This document shows, piece after piece, positions 39,955 through 48,852 of a stretch of 64,000 nt of DNA (its first letter is position 1; every line of letters begins with the position of its first letter). A model generated the notes under the pieces. The model did no database searches and was not told where the DNA came from. It worked only from the letters and a program-made list of their open reading frames with translations. Where the stretch lies: positions 128,822-192,821 of the IMG/VR virus record IMGVR_UViG_3300025132_007963; one strand, 5' to 3'. This DNA is from a virus. The position numbers were made by a program, and so were the translations under genes.

Positions 39955-40752
39955 TTAAGTGCAGTGTTTTGTTTTATAATATTCGCAGCTTTTACATGAT
40001 AGCCTATTTTTAATATAATTTTTATTATTAATATGTATTAAAGCTTTTTCTAAAAGTTGCATAGCGTTCTTGATTCTTCTTGGGCCGTTAGTAACCCTGA
40101 ATATCTCTACTTTATTCGATTTTGCAGTTCTTTTTAAGAGTGCAAAGTACGTTTCTATGTTTTTTTCATCTATGTTATGTTTGTTGCTAAAATACCTCTT
40201 ATAAAAACTCAACTGATATACTGTCATAGGGTCGCTTTTTCTCTGTGCATCCCAGCCCCAAGAGCACGTCTTCCAGTCAATTATGTGATACTTGCCGTCA
40301 GTTGTTTTAATAACCAAATCAATGAAGCCTTTAAATTTAGTATCAACAAAATCAAACTCAATCATATTTTCCAGCAACCGCTCTTCAACAGATATCACCT
40401 CATAATCACCAAACACGTCTGTTAAATTTGGTAATATATATTCAATTAAGTTTTCCCCTTGAGATTTCATATCTGAAATGAGTTTTGGGCGAGTTTCGCA
40501 AGTAAGCTTGTTGATTTCTTCATTAAACTTATCATGAAATATTTTTATTAAGATATTATTGTTCTGTGGTTGAATAACCGCATTTTCACAAACATAGTGG
40601 ATTGCTGTTCCAAATGCAGTGTATTCGTTTCCAGTGAAAAGCTTCACGCCATCCACATAAGATATTTTATGTTTGCGGGGGCACTCGTTCCAAGTCTTCA
40701 GTTCTGAGAAGCTTATGTGTTTCCTTTGGCTGTGTTGTTTTTGTAACTGCAC
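39955..40752 (-). CDS. PD-(D/E)XK nuclease, Cas4/RecB-like
   Basis: 'ISFSEL..W..CP', 'FGTAIH', 'GFIDLV', 'IIDWKT', 'QL..Y', C-terminal 'CKSCEYYKTKHC'. Confidence 0.85.
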   Translation of the reverse strand: MQLQKQHSQRKHISFSELKTWNECPRKHKISYVDGVKLFTGNEYTAFGTAIHYVCENAVIQPQNNNILIKIFHDKFNEEINKLTCETRPKLISDMKSQGENLIEYILPNLTDVFGDYEVISVEERLLENMIEFDFVDTKFKGFIDLVIKTTDGKYHIIDWKTCSWGWDAQRKSDPMTVYQLSFYKRYFSNKHNIDEKNIETYFALLKRTAKSNKVEIFRVTNGPRRIKNAMQLLEKALIHINNKNYIKNRLSCKSCEYYKTKHCT

Positions 40753-41032
40753 TTCTTCTCCTAGTCGTTGTGGTTTTAGCCTTAGTTACTTTTTTGGGTT
40801 TTTCAACTGAAAGCTTGAAAACCCATTGTCCTTCTAATACAGAATTTTGTGAATAATTGTTAAGTCTTGTCTGCTTCTTGATCTTGTGAAAAGAAATATT
40901 TTCTTTCTCAAGGTGAGAAATAATATCTGCTGTCGATACACTAATCATCGGATCACTTGCAGAGCCTCTTGAGCTTAACTTAACATCAACAATCACTTCA
41001 TCTTTAGTTTTAACTACTTTTATATCTTTCAT
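40667..41032 (-). CDS. Hypothetical basic protein
   Basis: 121-aa ORF with SD AAGGAG; its 3' end overlaps the nuclease start, so one boundary is uncertain. Confidence 0.5.
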   Translation of the reverse strand: MKDIKVVKTKDEVIVDVKLSSRGSASDPMISVSTADIISHLEKENISFHKIKKQTRLNNYSQNSVLEGQWVFKLSVEKPKKVTKAKTTTTRRRSAVTKTTQPKETHKLLRTEDLERVPPQT

Positions 41033-41036
41033 TAAC

Positions 41037-41720
41037 TTACTCCTTATTATAGTTTAATTTCATTAGTTTGTCAAATAAAACTGGACTAATTAGTGCCAAT
41101 TTATCAAATTCTCTATGATAGTAAAATGCTTCAAACCCATTTGCAAAATATTCTTTTAGTGATGTTGCCGCATATGGAGAATAAAATAAGTTACCAGCTA
41201 TAGATGTTAATAGTTTGTACCCTATGTCATGATACAAGTAAGCATCAAAATTTTGTGAATATTCAGGATTCATAAATTCTTCTTCAGAAACTTTAAATTT
41301 ATAAGCTATCAATAGTGCGTGCAGTTTTTTTCTTTTAGATAGGAATTCTGCCTTTAGAAGACCATCGGAATATATTAATTCTGAATTATATTCATCGACA
41401 GAGTGCGCTACTTCATGCACAACATCATCTGCGATATCCATTTCATCTTCTTGCTTGTTAGATATATAAATTTTATCATTTGCATATGCAGCGTTTATTT
41501 CTCTTTTATTGAGAAACTCAAAATCGCCTATATCAATGCTTTTAATATGTTTAAAATATTTTTTCGGTACTTTAGTTTCTATTTCGTACATTACATCCTC
41601 TAAACTTATATGACTTGGTAACGGGTCATGAATTCTAACCAACATATTCATGAAATAAAATTCATTCATATTGTTTTTTGTGCGTTCGTTTAGAGTTTTT
41701 ATGTACGCATCGTCAATCAT
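41037..41720 (-). CDS. Zincin-type metallopeptidase
   Basis: 'VVHEVAHSVD' (HExxH) and downstream 'YAATSLKEYFANGFEAF'. Confidence 0.7.
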   Translation of the reverse strand: MIDDAYIKTLNERTKNNMNEFYFMNMLVRIHDPLPSHISLEDVMYEIETKVPKKYFKHIKSIDIGDFEFLNKREINAAYANDKIYISNKQEDEMDIADDVVHEVAHSVDEYNSELIYSDGLLKAEFLSKRKKLHALLIAYKFKVSEEEFMNPEYSQNFDAYLYHDIGYKLLTSIAGNLFYSPYAATSLKEYFANGFEAFYYHREFDKLALISPVLFDKLMKLNYNKE

Positions 41721-42015
41721 CTTCTTCTTGTTGTTCTTCGTTTTCGGCTAATTCTTGTCCGTATTGAGCATCTGTGAGTGCTTGATGATATCCTCTAACC
41801 CAATTTTCTTCTGCAACCGCCATAAGAAATTCAGGAAACTGATCTGACATCACCTCTATAATGTTTTCGACAGTAACGTTTCCATCTTCAGGTTCTATCT
41901 TTTCCCCAACGAAGCCAACTAGCCATTCCTTCATCTCTGAATCTTTAGGGTCAACTTTTTCTTTTAGCGTTGGGTTTTCACCAAGTTCATTTTCGTCTTC
42001 AAACTTAATATTCAT
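41713..42015 (-). CDS. Hypothetical acidic protein
   Basis: 100-aa ORF with AGGAG SD. Confidence 0.6.
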   Translation of the reverse strand: MNIKFEDENELGENPTLKEKVDPKDSEMKEWLVGFVGEKIEPEDGNVTVENIIEVMSDQFPEFLMAVAEENWVRGYHQALTDAQYGQELAENEEQQEEDD

Positions 42016-42028
42016 CTTTTCTCCTAGT

Positions 42029-43351
42029 TTATAAGTTTCTCGCAGCGATATCTGCTACTTTTGATCTTTCACCTTTCATTAGTGTTATGTGGCCGGTTAT
42101 ATCTTCTTTCTTTAGCTTTTCCACAACGTATGTTAAGCCGTTCGTTGTGGCATCTACATACACATTATCAATTTGTTCTATATCTCCAGTTAGAACTATT
42201 TTAGTATTTTCTCCAACTCTTGTTAAAACTGTTTTTATCTCATGACGATTCATATTTTGAACTTCATCAATTATTATAATGGCATTAGATATAGACCTGC
42301 CACGTATGTAAGTCATTGCTTCAACTTCTATTCGACCCTCTTCGATATGCATATCAAGCGTCATTTTATCATTACCAAAAAGAAATTGTAAGTTATCTTG
42401 TATTGGTGCAAGCCATGGAAGCATTTTTTCTTCTAGTGTGCCAGGTAAAAACCCTATGTCTTTTCCAACCGGTTGAATTGGTTTTGTTACAACAATCTTA
42501 TTATACACTCTATCGTTTGCTACCTCTCCAAACGTTTGCTGTAGAGCAGAAGCTAGCGCCAATAGTGTTTTACCAGAGCCGGCTTTACCAATTAGAGAAA
42601 CAACCGGTACACTAGGGTCCATTAATAGATCTAGAGCAAAAGTTTGTTCTTTGTTTCTAGCTTTAACACCCCAGATTTTCTTTTTTGAATTGAAGACTTT
42701 CTTCAAAGGTTCAGAATAACCTACAAACCTAACCAAACTAGTCTTTTTATCATTTACATTTGAAACAAGCATTACAAATTCGTTTGGGTGCAAAGTTATT
42801 TCATCTTTTTCTAGAAAGACAGGCACATCATGATATATATTATCTACTATTTGATCATCCACCAAGTGTGACCTGAAGCCAGTGTAAAGACCAGAGACAT
42901 CCTCAACTACCTGCTCTAAATTATAATCTTCACAATCCAATCCCAAAGAATCACATTTAACTCTCATATTGATATCGCGAGATACAACAATCACATTAGT
43001 TTTTGGATTGTTGTTTTTCTCTGATAACGCTGTAGCAATTATTTGATTGTCCGGATTTTCCAAGTCCAAGTCGTCTGGAAGCGCGAAAGGGTCGTAGCTT
43101 TTTACAAAGATTAGACCTTTCTTCTCTCCCAAGCTTACCCCCTTTATGAGGTTACCTTTTTCGCGAAGCTTGTCTAGCTTTCTAATTATATTTCTAGCGT
43201 GTACACCGACCGGATCTTGTCTCTTTTTATGCTTATCGATCTCATCTAATACTTTTAGCGGTATAACGATGTTGTTTTGCTCAAAAGAATCTATGCAATT
43301 TGCGTCTGTTAGATACACATTTGTATCTAGAAGGTAAGTTTTTTTTGACAA
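42029..43351 (-). CDS. phoH: PIN-domain plus PhoH-family ATPase
   Basis: PIN 'LLDTNVYL', 'SRDINMRVK'; PhoH 'GKAGSGKT', 'IGFLPG', 'RGRS', 'IDEVQN', 'TGDIEQID'. Confidence 0.92.
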   Translation of the reverse strand: MSKKTYLLDTNVYLTDANCIDSFEQNNIVIPLKVLDEIDKHKKRQDPVGVHARNIIRKLDKLREKGNLIKGVSLGEKKGLIFVKSYDPFALPDDLDLENPDNQIIATALSEKNNNPKTNVIVVSRDINMRVKCDSLGLDCEDYNLEQVVEDVSGLYTGFRSHLVDDQIVDNIYHDVPVFLEKDEITLHPNEFVMLVSNVNDKKTSLVRFVGYSEPLKKVFNSKKKIWGVKARNKEQTFALDLLMDPSVPVVSLIGKAGSGKTLLALASALQQTFGEVANDRVYNKIVVTKPIQPVGKDIGFLPGTLEEKMLPWLAPIQDNLQFLFGNDKMTLDMHIEEGRIEVEAMTYIRGRSISNAIIIIDEVQNMNRHEIKTVLTRVGENTKIVLTGDIEQIDNVYVDATTNGLTYVVEKLKKEDITGHITLMKGERSKVADIAARNL

Positions 43352-43450
43352 AGGGGACCTCTTTCTTTAGAATAATTAGGTTTTTCAAACCAAAAAAAGT
43401 AAAAACTTCTGCTTTATTTAAATCTTATTTTATAGTTATTATACAAGAGG

Positions 43451-44242
43451 ATGAAGAAATTATTAATATTATTAATCATTAATGCAATCATTTTAGTCCC
43501 TAGTTGTATCCACCAACAGACAATTTATGAAAATCAAGCCAACCTTTTAAAGAAGTTTCCAACAAAAGCATTTGTACAGATAATTCAAAGAGTAAGATTA
43601 ACCAACTGTAACGTGCCAGAACTATGTCAACCTAAGACTGAAACCTCTGTTGGTTCTGGCTTATCTTTAGGTCCGCATGGAGATGGAACAATAATATTAA
43701 CCGCTGCGCATGTATGTAGAACCAATGTTCCAGAGGGCATTGAATACAAATCTGGACTTTTCATTAGAAATACTGAAGGTGTCAGTCCAGCTGCAATTAT
43801 ATATACGACAAATCTTGCTAGTGACAAAAGCCTTGATTTATGTTCATTGTACGTGCCCAACATGAAGATTGAAGGGGTTGGCTTATCGCTAATTCCTCCA
43901 AAGGTAGGTGAAACAGTTTACGCTTTAAGTGCACCAGTTGGGGTCTATCACCCACCAACAGTACCGATTTTAAGCGGTATATACTCTGGGCCGATCCCAG
44001 ATAGTAATGCCGTCTTAACAACTATACCCGCAGTGGGAGGTAGCTCAGGCAGCTCTGTTTTAAACGGGCGTATGAAAATAGTTGGTGTTATATTTGCTTC
44101 TCACGTGGGGTTTCCTCATGCATCAATAGCCAGTAACCACAAGCAAACTAGAAATTTTATTAATAAAACACTTAAAATATTTTATAGAGTTTTTAGGAAG
44201 AATCCACCCATGAGTTCAGAAGATTGGTCTTCATCTCCTTGA
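43451..44242 (+). CDS. Trypsin-like serine protease with N-terminal signal or lipoprotein-like sequence
   Basis: Triad motifs 'LTAAHVC', 'DLC', 'GGSSGS'; leader MKKLLILLIINAIILVPSC; SD AGAGG. Confidence 0.85.
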   Translation: MKKLLILLIINAIILVPSCIHQQTIYENQANLLKKFPTKAFVQIIQRVRLTNCNVPELCQPKTETSVGSGLSLGPHGDGTIILTAAHVCRTNVPEGIEYKSGLFIRNTEGVSPAAIIYTTNLASDKSLDLCSLYVPNMKIEGVGLSLIPPKVGETVYALSAPVGVYHPPTVPILSGIYSGPIPDSNAVLTTIPAVGGSSGSSVLNGRMKIVGVIFASHVGFPHASIASNHKQTRNFINKTLKIFYRVFRKNPPMSSEDWSSSP

Positions 44243-44420
44243 TTAGAATGAGCCTTTTTGCAAATGCAGTTTTATTATTTTTTACTGCGGACGTTATTTG
44301 ATCTTCTAAATCTTTAATCTCAATCTTTAGTTTGTTAATACTATTTTTTTTAATTTTCATCATTCTATTTTTCTGCCTTTTTAGTTGTTCTAGATCGTAT
44401 TGTTTTTTTATTATACTCAA
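44193..44420 (-). CDS. Hypothetical coiled-coil protein
   Basis: 75-aa basic ORF, convergent overlap with the protease end. Confidence 0.45.
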   Translation of the reverse strand: MSIIKKQYDLEQLKRQKNRMMKIKKNSINKLKIEIKDLEDQITSAVKNNKTAFAKRLILIKEMKTNLLNSWVDSS

Positions 44421-44679
44421 TATATAATCGATATCTCATATTTATTCCATATCCATCCGGACCCATCAATGGGTTAAAGTAAACTAATTTTACTAATCTA
44501 GATTTTTTAATTGTATCTAAAAAATCCATCGATAACTTATCAACAGTTATTTGATATGTGTCTGAAGAGTTCCAAGTTTTTTTGTGATTGCTTAAGTTGC
44601 AATTCAAATGTGGAAATTTTTCAGATATACCAGTTAAAAACTTGAGTGATTCTTTTGAAGTAATTGCTCTAGTAGCCAT
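44365..44679 (-). CDS. Hypothetical protein
   Basis: 104-aa ORF continuing the minus-strand run. Confidence 0.55.
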   Translation of the reverse strand: MATRAITSKESLKFLTGISEKFPHLNCNLSNHKKTWNSSDTYQITVDKLSMDFLDTIKKSRLVKLVYFNPLMGPDGYGINMRYRLYIEYNKKTIRSRTTKKAEK

Positions 44680-44869
44680 CTTTAAACCATTTCCCTTTTA
44701 ATACAAAATTAGAATTTCCAATAACATTATATAATGTATCCTCATCGTTTGGCCCACTATAACACTTTGGGCAAGGCCCGGGATCTCTCAATTGAGATTT
44801 ACTCTTGTAAGACATAAGCCGAGAAGATCTATAATTACAACGTTTACATACAAAGGTATATAAAGGCAT
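44669..44869 (-). CDS. Second FmdB-family zinc-ribbon protein
   Basis: 'MPLYTFVCKRC...CPKC...F.LKG..WFKDGY'. Confidence 0.8.
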   Translation of the reverse strand: MPLYTFVCKRCNYRSSRLMSYKSKSQLRDPGPCPKCYSGPNDEDTLYNVIGNSNFVLKGKWFKDGY

Positions 44870-45516
44870 TACTCAATAATCTCATCAACTAAGCCATACT
44901 TTAGGCACGTCTCAGCGTCCCACCATAAATCATGCTTTAATATGTTGTCCAATTGTTTGGATGGAATTTTTGCATGCGTCATATACAATTTTTTAATCTT
45001 TTCCATGAGCATGTCAGAGTTCTGCATATCATCTTGCATTTCTTGATATTTTCCCCACATATGTCCGGACAATTGATGGATCAACATAAAAGAATTTTTA
45101 TGCATACAGCGGTGGGCTCCTACCATTGACATTAATGTAGCTGCGCTAGCAGCACATCCGTCAATTATTGTCTCTACAGGGGCTTTTGATGTTAATATAT
45201 AATCAACTGCTGCTAGGCCAGCAAAAACACTGCCTCCATAACTATTGATATGTATTTTAATAGGATCTATACTGTTTGAGCCATATGTTAATGCTCTTGA
45301 TCGCAAATTGATATTTAAATTAGATATCATCTTGTTTAAAGCTAAAATCTTTGGCCTATTAACAGAGGAATAAAAAAATATCTTATTACCAACGCTTTCT
45401 ACTTTGTTAAAATCTTCAGATGAATTATTCTCAACAGGTGAGTGTACTTTTTTTTCAGCAGTCGACATTTCTTCAAGCTCTAGACCCCAAGTGTATTTTT
45501 TCAAATTATTCTCCAT
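44869..45516 (-). CDS. clpP: ClpP-like serine protease
   Basis: 'IHINSYGGSV', 'GCAASAATL' (catalytic Ser), 'MLIHQ' (His), 'DLWWDAE.CL.YGLVDEI'. Confidence 0.9.
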   Translation of the reverse strand: MENNLKKYTWGLELEEMSTAEKKVHSPVENNSSEDFNKVESVGNKIFFYSSVNRPKILALNKMISNLNINLRSRALTYGSNSIDPIKIHINSYGGSVFAGLAAVDYILTSKAPVETIIDGCAASAATLMSMVGAHRCMHKNSFMLIHQLSGHMWGKYQEMQDDMQNSDMLMEKIKKLYMTHAKIPSKQLDNILKHDLWWDAETCLKYGLVDEIIE

Positions 45517-45525
45517 GTGATTATT

Positions 45526-45602
45526 TGGTGGACCCCCACGGACTTGAACCGTGAACCTGCCGGTTATGAGCCGGATGCTCTAACCTATTGAGCTAGGGGT
45601 CC
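45526..45602 (-). tRNA. tRNA with CAT anticodon, probably tRNA-Ile2 (lysidine-modified, reads AUA)
   Basis: Minus strand GGACCCCTAGCTCAATAGGTTAGAGCATCCGGCTCATAACCGGCAGGTTCACGGTTCAAGTCCGTGGGGGTCCACCA: cloverleaf with encoded CCA; G1-C72 pair (not initiator); loop CTCATAA; directly downstream of tilS. Confidence 0.93.
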
Positions 45603-45618
45603 TAACTCTTATAATATA

Positions 45619-46227
45619 CTATAGATCGATGTATGTTTCAAGTATTTTTTTACGAATTGTTTTGCGAATACCTGGATTGATCTTTAAAGCATGAGGAATA
45701 ATGTTATGTCTTGTATAATTTCTCATATAATTTGTATCTTTGTTGCTTGGATCTTCTATCCATTCTAGGCCTTTACGTTGTGCATACAGAAGAAATGCTT
45801 TTCTCTCGGTAGGTAGAAACGGTCTATAGATATTATTTCTTTTGTATGGTATTAGCTTTGGGTTTCCATGCATAGCTGACATTAGCCAAGTTTCAACCAC
45901 ATCGTCTAGGTGGTGACCAGTTACAATAAACTTACTTTTTAAACTCTCTAAGAACCCATACCTCTCATCTCTCCAGAACTCTTCAAACGACCTTTTTCCT
46001 CTATATCCTTTTACCCCACTAACACAGAGCACAAGCTTGTTTTTTGCAGCGTACTCTTTAACAAATTGCTCAGCTTTATTTGAGTGTTGTGTTCCGTGAT
46101 TAAAAAAAGCAAGATCTACTTTTCTTTTACCTTGCAATAAAAAATGGACAATGCTTATGGAATCTACGCCGCCAGAACATGCGACTGTAACCCTTCGGGG
46201 TATTTTCCCTAAAATCCGGAGCATCAT
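45619..46227 (-). CDS. tilS: tRNA(Ile)-lysidine synthetase, minimal PP-loop form
   Basis: 'ACSGGVDS', 'NHG', 'WRDERY', 'GHHLDDVVET', 'RPFL', 'WIEDPSN...Y.RN..RH'. Confidence 0.9.
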   Translation of the reverse strand: MMLRILGKIPRRVTVACSGGVDSISIVHFLLQGKRKVDLAFFNHGTQHSNKAEQFVKEYAAKNKLVLCVSGVKGYRGKRSFEEFWRDERYGFLESLKSKFIVTGHHLDDVVETWLMSAMHGNPKLIPYKRNNIYRPFLPTERKAFLLYAQRKGLEWIEDPSNKDTNYMRNYTRHNIIPHALKINPGIRKTIRKKILETYIDL

Positions 46228-46268
46228 ATGTGTGTCCTATTTTTGTATCGATCATCGTCTTTATATTA

Positions 46269-46297
46269 ATATTACCTTAACTATATTGAGAAGTCAA
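46269..46297 (-). promoter_or_regulatory. Sigma70-type promoter for tilS-tRNA-clpP
   Basis: Minus strand TTGACT TCTCAATATAGTTAAGG TAATAT (17-nt spacer). Confidence 0.7.
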
Positions 46298-46306
46298 ATA
46301 AATTTA

Positions 46307-46786
46307 TCAGTTAGTCTCTCTGTTTAAATTTGCTATAGCAGCAATAACGCCCGGTATTTCGTCATCTGGAATTCCATCCTTCTTTAGCATATCTATAACT
46401 TTACCGTGAAGTGCTGGTATTTTGTTGTCAATTGGTATATCTGCATTTAATACTTCTTCGTCCTCTTGTTCCCCAATTAGAAAATAATCACGTGCTTTAT
46501 TTAAATAATCTGCAGCAAGAGTTACTTTACTCATCCACCAACTTGGCAGTTCTGTATCTGCTTCAGGGTCTAAGTTATTCAAAATGTCTCCCGCATCTTC
46601 AACAGCTGTCATAAGTTTGCGGCGGGCGGAGGGGACGTCAGAATGACCATCTTCTCCTATAAGATCTTTTATTCCTTTTTCTCTACTTTTCTTATTTCTA
46701 TTTACAACTTCAGGACCATACGTATCACGTACATCTTTCATTTCCTGTATAATTATTTGTTTAAGAGTATTGCGATTTATTTTCAT
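46307..46786 (-). CDS. Hypothetical phage protein with an N-terminal 'LKQII.QE' motif
   Basis: GGAGG SD before the ATG at 46786; central 'EDGHSDVPSA...LPSWWMSKVTLAADYL' module. Confidence 0.65.
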   Translation of the reverse strand: MKINRNTLKQIIIQEMKDVRDTYGPEVVNRNKKSREKGIKDLIGEDGHSDVPSARRKLMTAVEDAGDILNNLDPEADTELPSWWMSKVTLAADYLNKARDYFLIGEQEDEEVLNADIPIDNKIPALHGKVIDMLKKDGIPDDEIPGVIAAIANLNRETN

Positions 46787-46807
46787 TTCGAAAACCTCCA
46801 ATTAATA

Positions 46808-46822
46808 TAACTAGTTAACTAG
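46808..46822 (-). promoter_or_regulatory. Tandem CTAGTTA motif (candidate late promoter)
   Basis: Minus strand ACTAGTTAACTAGTTAT, about 20 nt upstream of the ATG at 46786. Confidence 0.4.
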
Positions 46823-47445
46823 TATGAATCAACTCTAAGATTGATAGTTTCACGAACTTTTACCATTCCATGACCATTACACCTGTTGCATGTTTGTTCG
46901 AACACGTATCCCTTTTGGTTACACGTAGAACAAGGTATTTGTTGTATTATCATGCCTTTCCTAATAACAACAACCCCCTGACCTTGACAAGAATGACATA
47001 TTATTTTATTATTTCCGCCTCTACCTTTACAACTCATACATTTTTTATTACGGTTAAATTGTATTTGTTGGCTTACACCTTTTTTTATTTGTGATAATGA
47101 CAATTTAAGTTTAAACGTTATTTCATCATCAGTTTGTTCTTTTAATTTGTTTTTTTTATGCTGTGGTCGACCGGTATTGAACATTTGACTAAACAAGTCA
47201 CCAAAGCCAAAATCTGCGAAGGGGTTTCCTCCAAAATCAGGAAAATCTCCAGCATGTTGCGAATATTCATGTTCCTGCCTTTTTTGTGCTGTGCTTATTT
47301 TTGAATACGCTTCATTTAATTCTTTGAACTTTTCTTCGTTGCCACCTTTGTCGGGATGATGTTGTGCGGCTAGTTTTCGAAAAGCTTTTTTAATCTCTGT
47401 GTCGGAGGAGTTCTTACCGACGTTTAATATTTTATATGGATCCAT
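46819..47445 (-). CDS. dnaJ: DnaJ-like co-chaperone (J domain plus four zinc-finger repeats, C-terminally short)
   Basis: 'YKILNV', 'HHPDKGG', CMSCKGRG / CHSCQGQG / CSTCNQKG / CNRCNGHG. Confidence 0.88.
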   Translation of the reverse strand: MDPYKILNVGKNSSDTEIKKAFRKLAAQHHPDKGGNEEKFKELNEAYSKISTAQKRQEHEYSQHAGDFPDFGGNPFADFGFGDLFSQMFNTGRPQHKKNKLKEQTDDEITFKLKLSLSQIKKGVSQQIQFNRNKKCMSCKGRGGNNKIICHSCQGQGVVVIRKGMIIQQIPCSTCNQKGYVFEQTCNRCNGHGMVKVRETINLRVDSY

Positions 47446-47459
47446 ATTAGGTGTTGTTT

Positions 47460-47687
47460 TTATTTAGATCTATTATCAGCGTGTTTTCTAGCTTTTTTAA
47501 GCCATTTATGCGTTGCATCTAAATTTAAATGATCAGGTATTTCAATATTAGGTAGAAAACCATGTGCTAAAAAGAAAGCGGACCTGTACAAGAGGCCCAC
47601 TCCTATTGAGCCGGCAAATTTTAGATGAGATACATATGTCTCATTGTTTTCTTTAAGGTGGTCCATTATTTTTACCAAGCTTTGCAA
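47460..47687 (-). CDS. Small hypothetical membrane-associated protein
   Basis: 'HLKENNETYVSHLKFA...LAHGFLP' followed by a hydrophobic segment. Confidence 0.5.
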   Translation of the reverse strand: MQSLVKIMDHLKENNETYVSHLKFAGSIGVGLLYRSAFFLAHGFLPNIEIPDHLNLDATHKWLKKARKHADNRSK

Positions 47688-48124
47688 GACCAGTATCTCG
47701 CTTTACATTTATCTTTTGCTGTGTGACATTTATGTCTAGCTCTAAAAGATTTCCTTCTTGCTGGGATGTTCTTTTTGATTTTCATTTTTTTGTCACCAAA
47801 GTTAACCTTTTTTACTCTACTTTTATCTTTTCCGCAACCCTTAACAAAAGCCTTAAATTTTTTAACATCACCCGGAAGTCTCTTGTTAAGGGTAACTTTC
47901 CTGCCTTTGTATTCAGCTTCTGGAATTAGATCGGGGCACTCGCAAAGACCATCGTATAAAACTTCATAAAGGCACTGCGGACATGGGGTCGTTCCATCTT
48001 CACATATAGCGTCTTGTAGATCTTCATAAAGATCAAATTCTTCATCAACTAAAGCATACTCAGAAAGAACCATTTCAGTTTCTTCTAATACTATTTTTCT
48101 TAAGTAATCTTTTTCTACTTTCAT
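47672..48124 (-). CDS. Putative head-internal protein: acidic leader plus basic Cys-containing module
   Basis: Leader 'MKVEKDYLRKIVLEE'; after 'IPEAE' a basic module 'YKGRKVTLNK...RKSFRARHKC...ARYWSCKAW'. Confidence 0.5.
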   Translation of the reverse strand: MKVEKDYLRKIVLEETEMVLSEYALVDEEFDLYEDLQDAICEDGTTPCPQCLYEVLYDGLCECPDLIPEAEYKGRKVTLNKRLPGDVKKFKAFVKGCGKDKSRVKKVNFGDKKMKIKKNIPARRKSFRARHKCHTAKDKCKARYWSCKAW

Positions 48125-48852
48125 CCTTTTTTACCTGCCTTTGATTTTTTTCCTGATTTTTTCGATGTACCACAATCTGATGGTGTTGGTCTACAATGTG
48201 GATATTTGGCGCGCTTTTCACCTGATTTTCTTCCGCAAGATTTACAAGTTTTGCGACCACCCTTACCCTTTTTACACGTGTTACAATCTACCCATCCTTT
48301 TGATTTTCCTTTTCCACCTGCTCTTGAAAACCATCCATGAAGTCCGGATTTTTTCTCTTTCGAGAAGTCAGTTTTCTTTTTTTTTTCATCTAAAAAGTCT
48401 TCAATTTCTTCATCAATTAAAGAACTTAGATCTAACTCTTCGCTTTCATTCTTTTTAGACTTATTGCCCCAATTTGCAGCACCCACTTTCCTACATTTAA
48501 CTAAGGCGCCAGAGGCATATGCAGAGGGCCAAACATCATATCTTGCTCTCACCTTGTGATAACAAGCATCTTTTTTGCCTTTCTTCTTTTTCTTCTTCTT
48601 TTTCTTCTTCTTTCGCTTTTCGTCTAAAAAGCTAGTAATCTCTTCTTCAACTATTTCTGATATGTTTATCTTACCTTTCGCTAGGATGTAATCACCGTCT
48701 GGATGTTCGCCCACTTTTTCATCATCTTTAATGGAGGCTTTAATTTCCTCTTCTGAAGAATCACTTTGTTTTTTCAAGGCTTTCATTCCTGCAGCTCCAC
48801 CTTCTTTTTCAAGTACTTTTCTTATAGCTGCTTTCAATTGTTCCTTAGTCAT
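48121..48852 (-). CDS. Putative head-internal polyprotein of basic modules
   Basis: Leader 'MTKEQLKAAIRKVLEKE'; modules 'DACYHKVRARYDVWPSAYASGALVKCRK' and 'GLHGWF...GWVDC..C...CG..YPHCRPT', each opened by 'LDEK'. Confidence 0.5.
   Translation of the reverse strand: MTKEQLKAAIRKVLEKEGGAAGMKALKKQSDSSEEEIKASIKDDEKVGEHPDGDYILAKGKINISEIVEEEITSFLDEKRKKKKKKKKKKKGKKDACYHKVRARYDVWPSAYASGALVKCRKVGAANWGNKSKKNESEELDLSSLIDEEIEDFLDEKKKKTDFSKEKKSGLHGWFSRAGGKGKSKGWVDCNTCKKGKGGRKTCKSCGRKSGEKRAKYPHCRPTPSDCGTSKKSGKKSKAGKKG
48577..48620 (-). repeat. Low-complexity AAG/AAA run encoding a poly-Lys tract (KRKKKKKKKKKKKGKK)
   Basis: Plus strand reads ttttttgcctttcttctttttcttcttctttttcttcttctttcgctttt; boundaries approximate. 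Confidence 0.8.

Noticed and set aside
14556-40425. Many plus-strand ORFs across the glycan island (e.g. 38846..39547, 15267..15632)
   Set aside because: Antisense to genes with clear catalytic motifs
39955-40752. CRISPR-Cas system
   Set aside because: Only a solo Cas4-like gene; no repeat-spacer array or other cas genes seen
45526-45602. Reading the CAT tRNA as initiator or elongator tRNA-Met
   Set aside because: G1-C72 is paired and the three consecutive G-C anticodon-stem pairs of initiators are missing; Ile2-like sequence and adjacency to tilS favour Ile2, though elongator Met is not formally excluded
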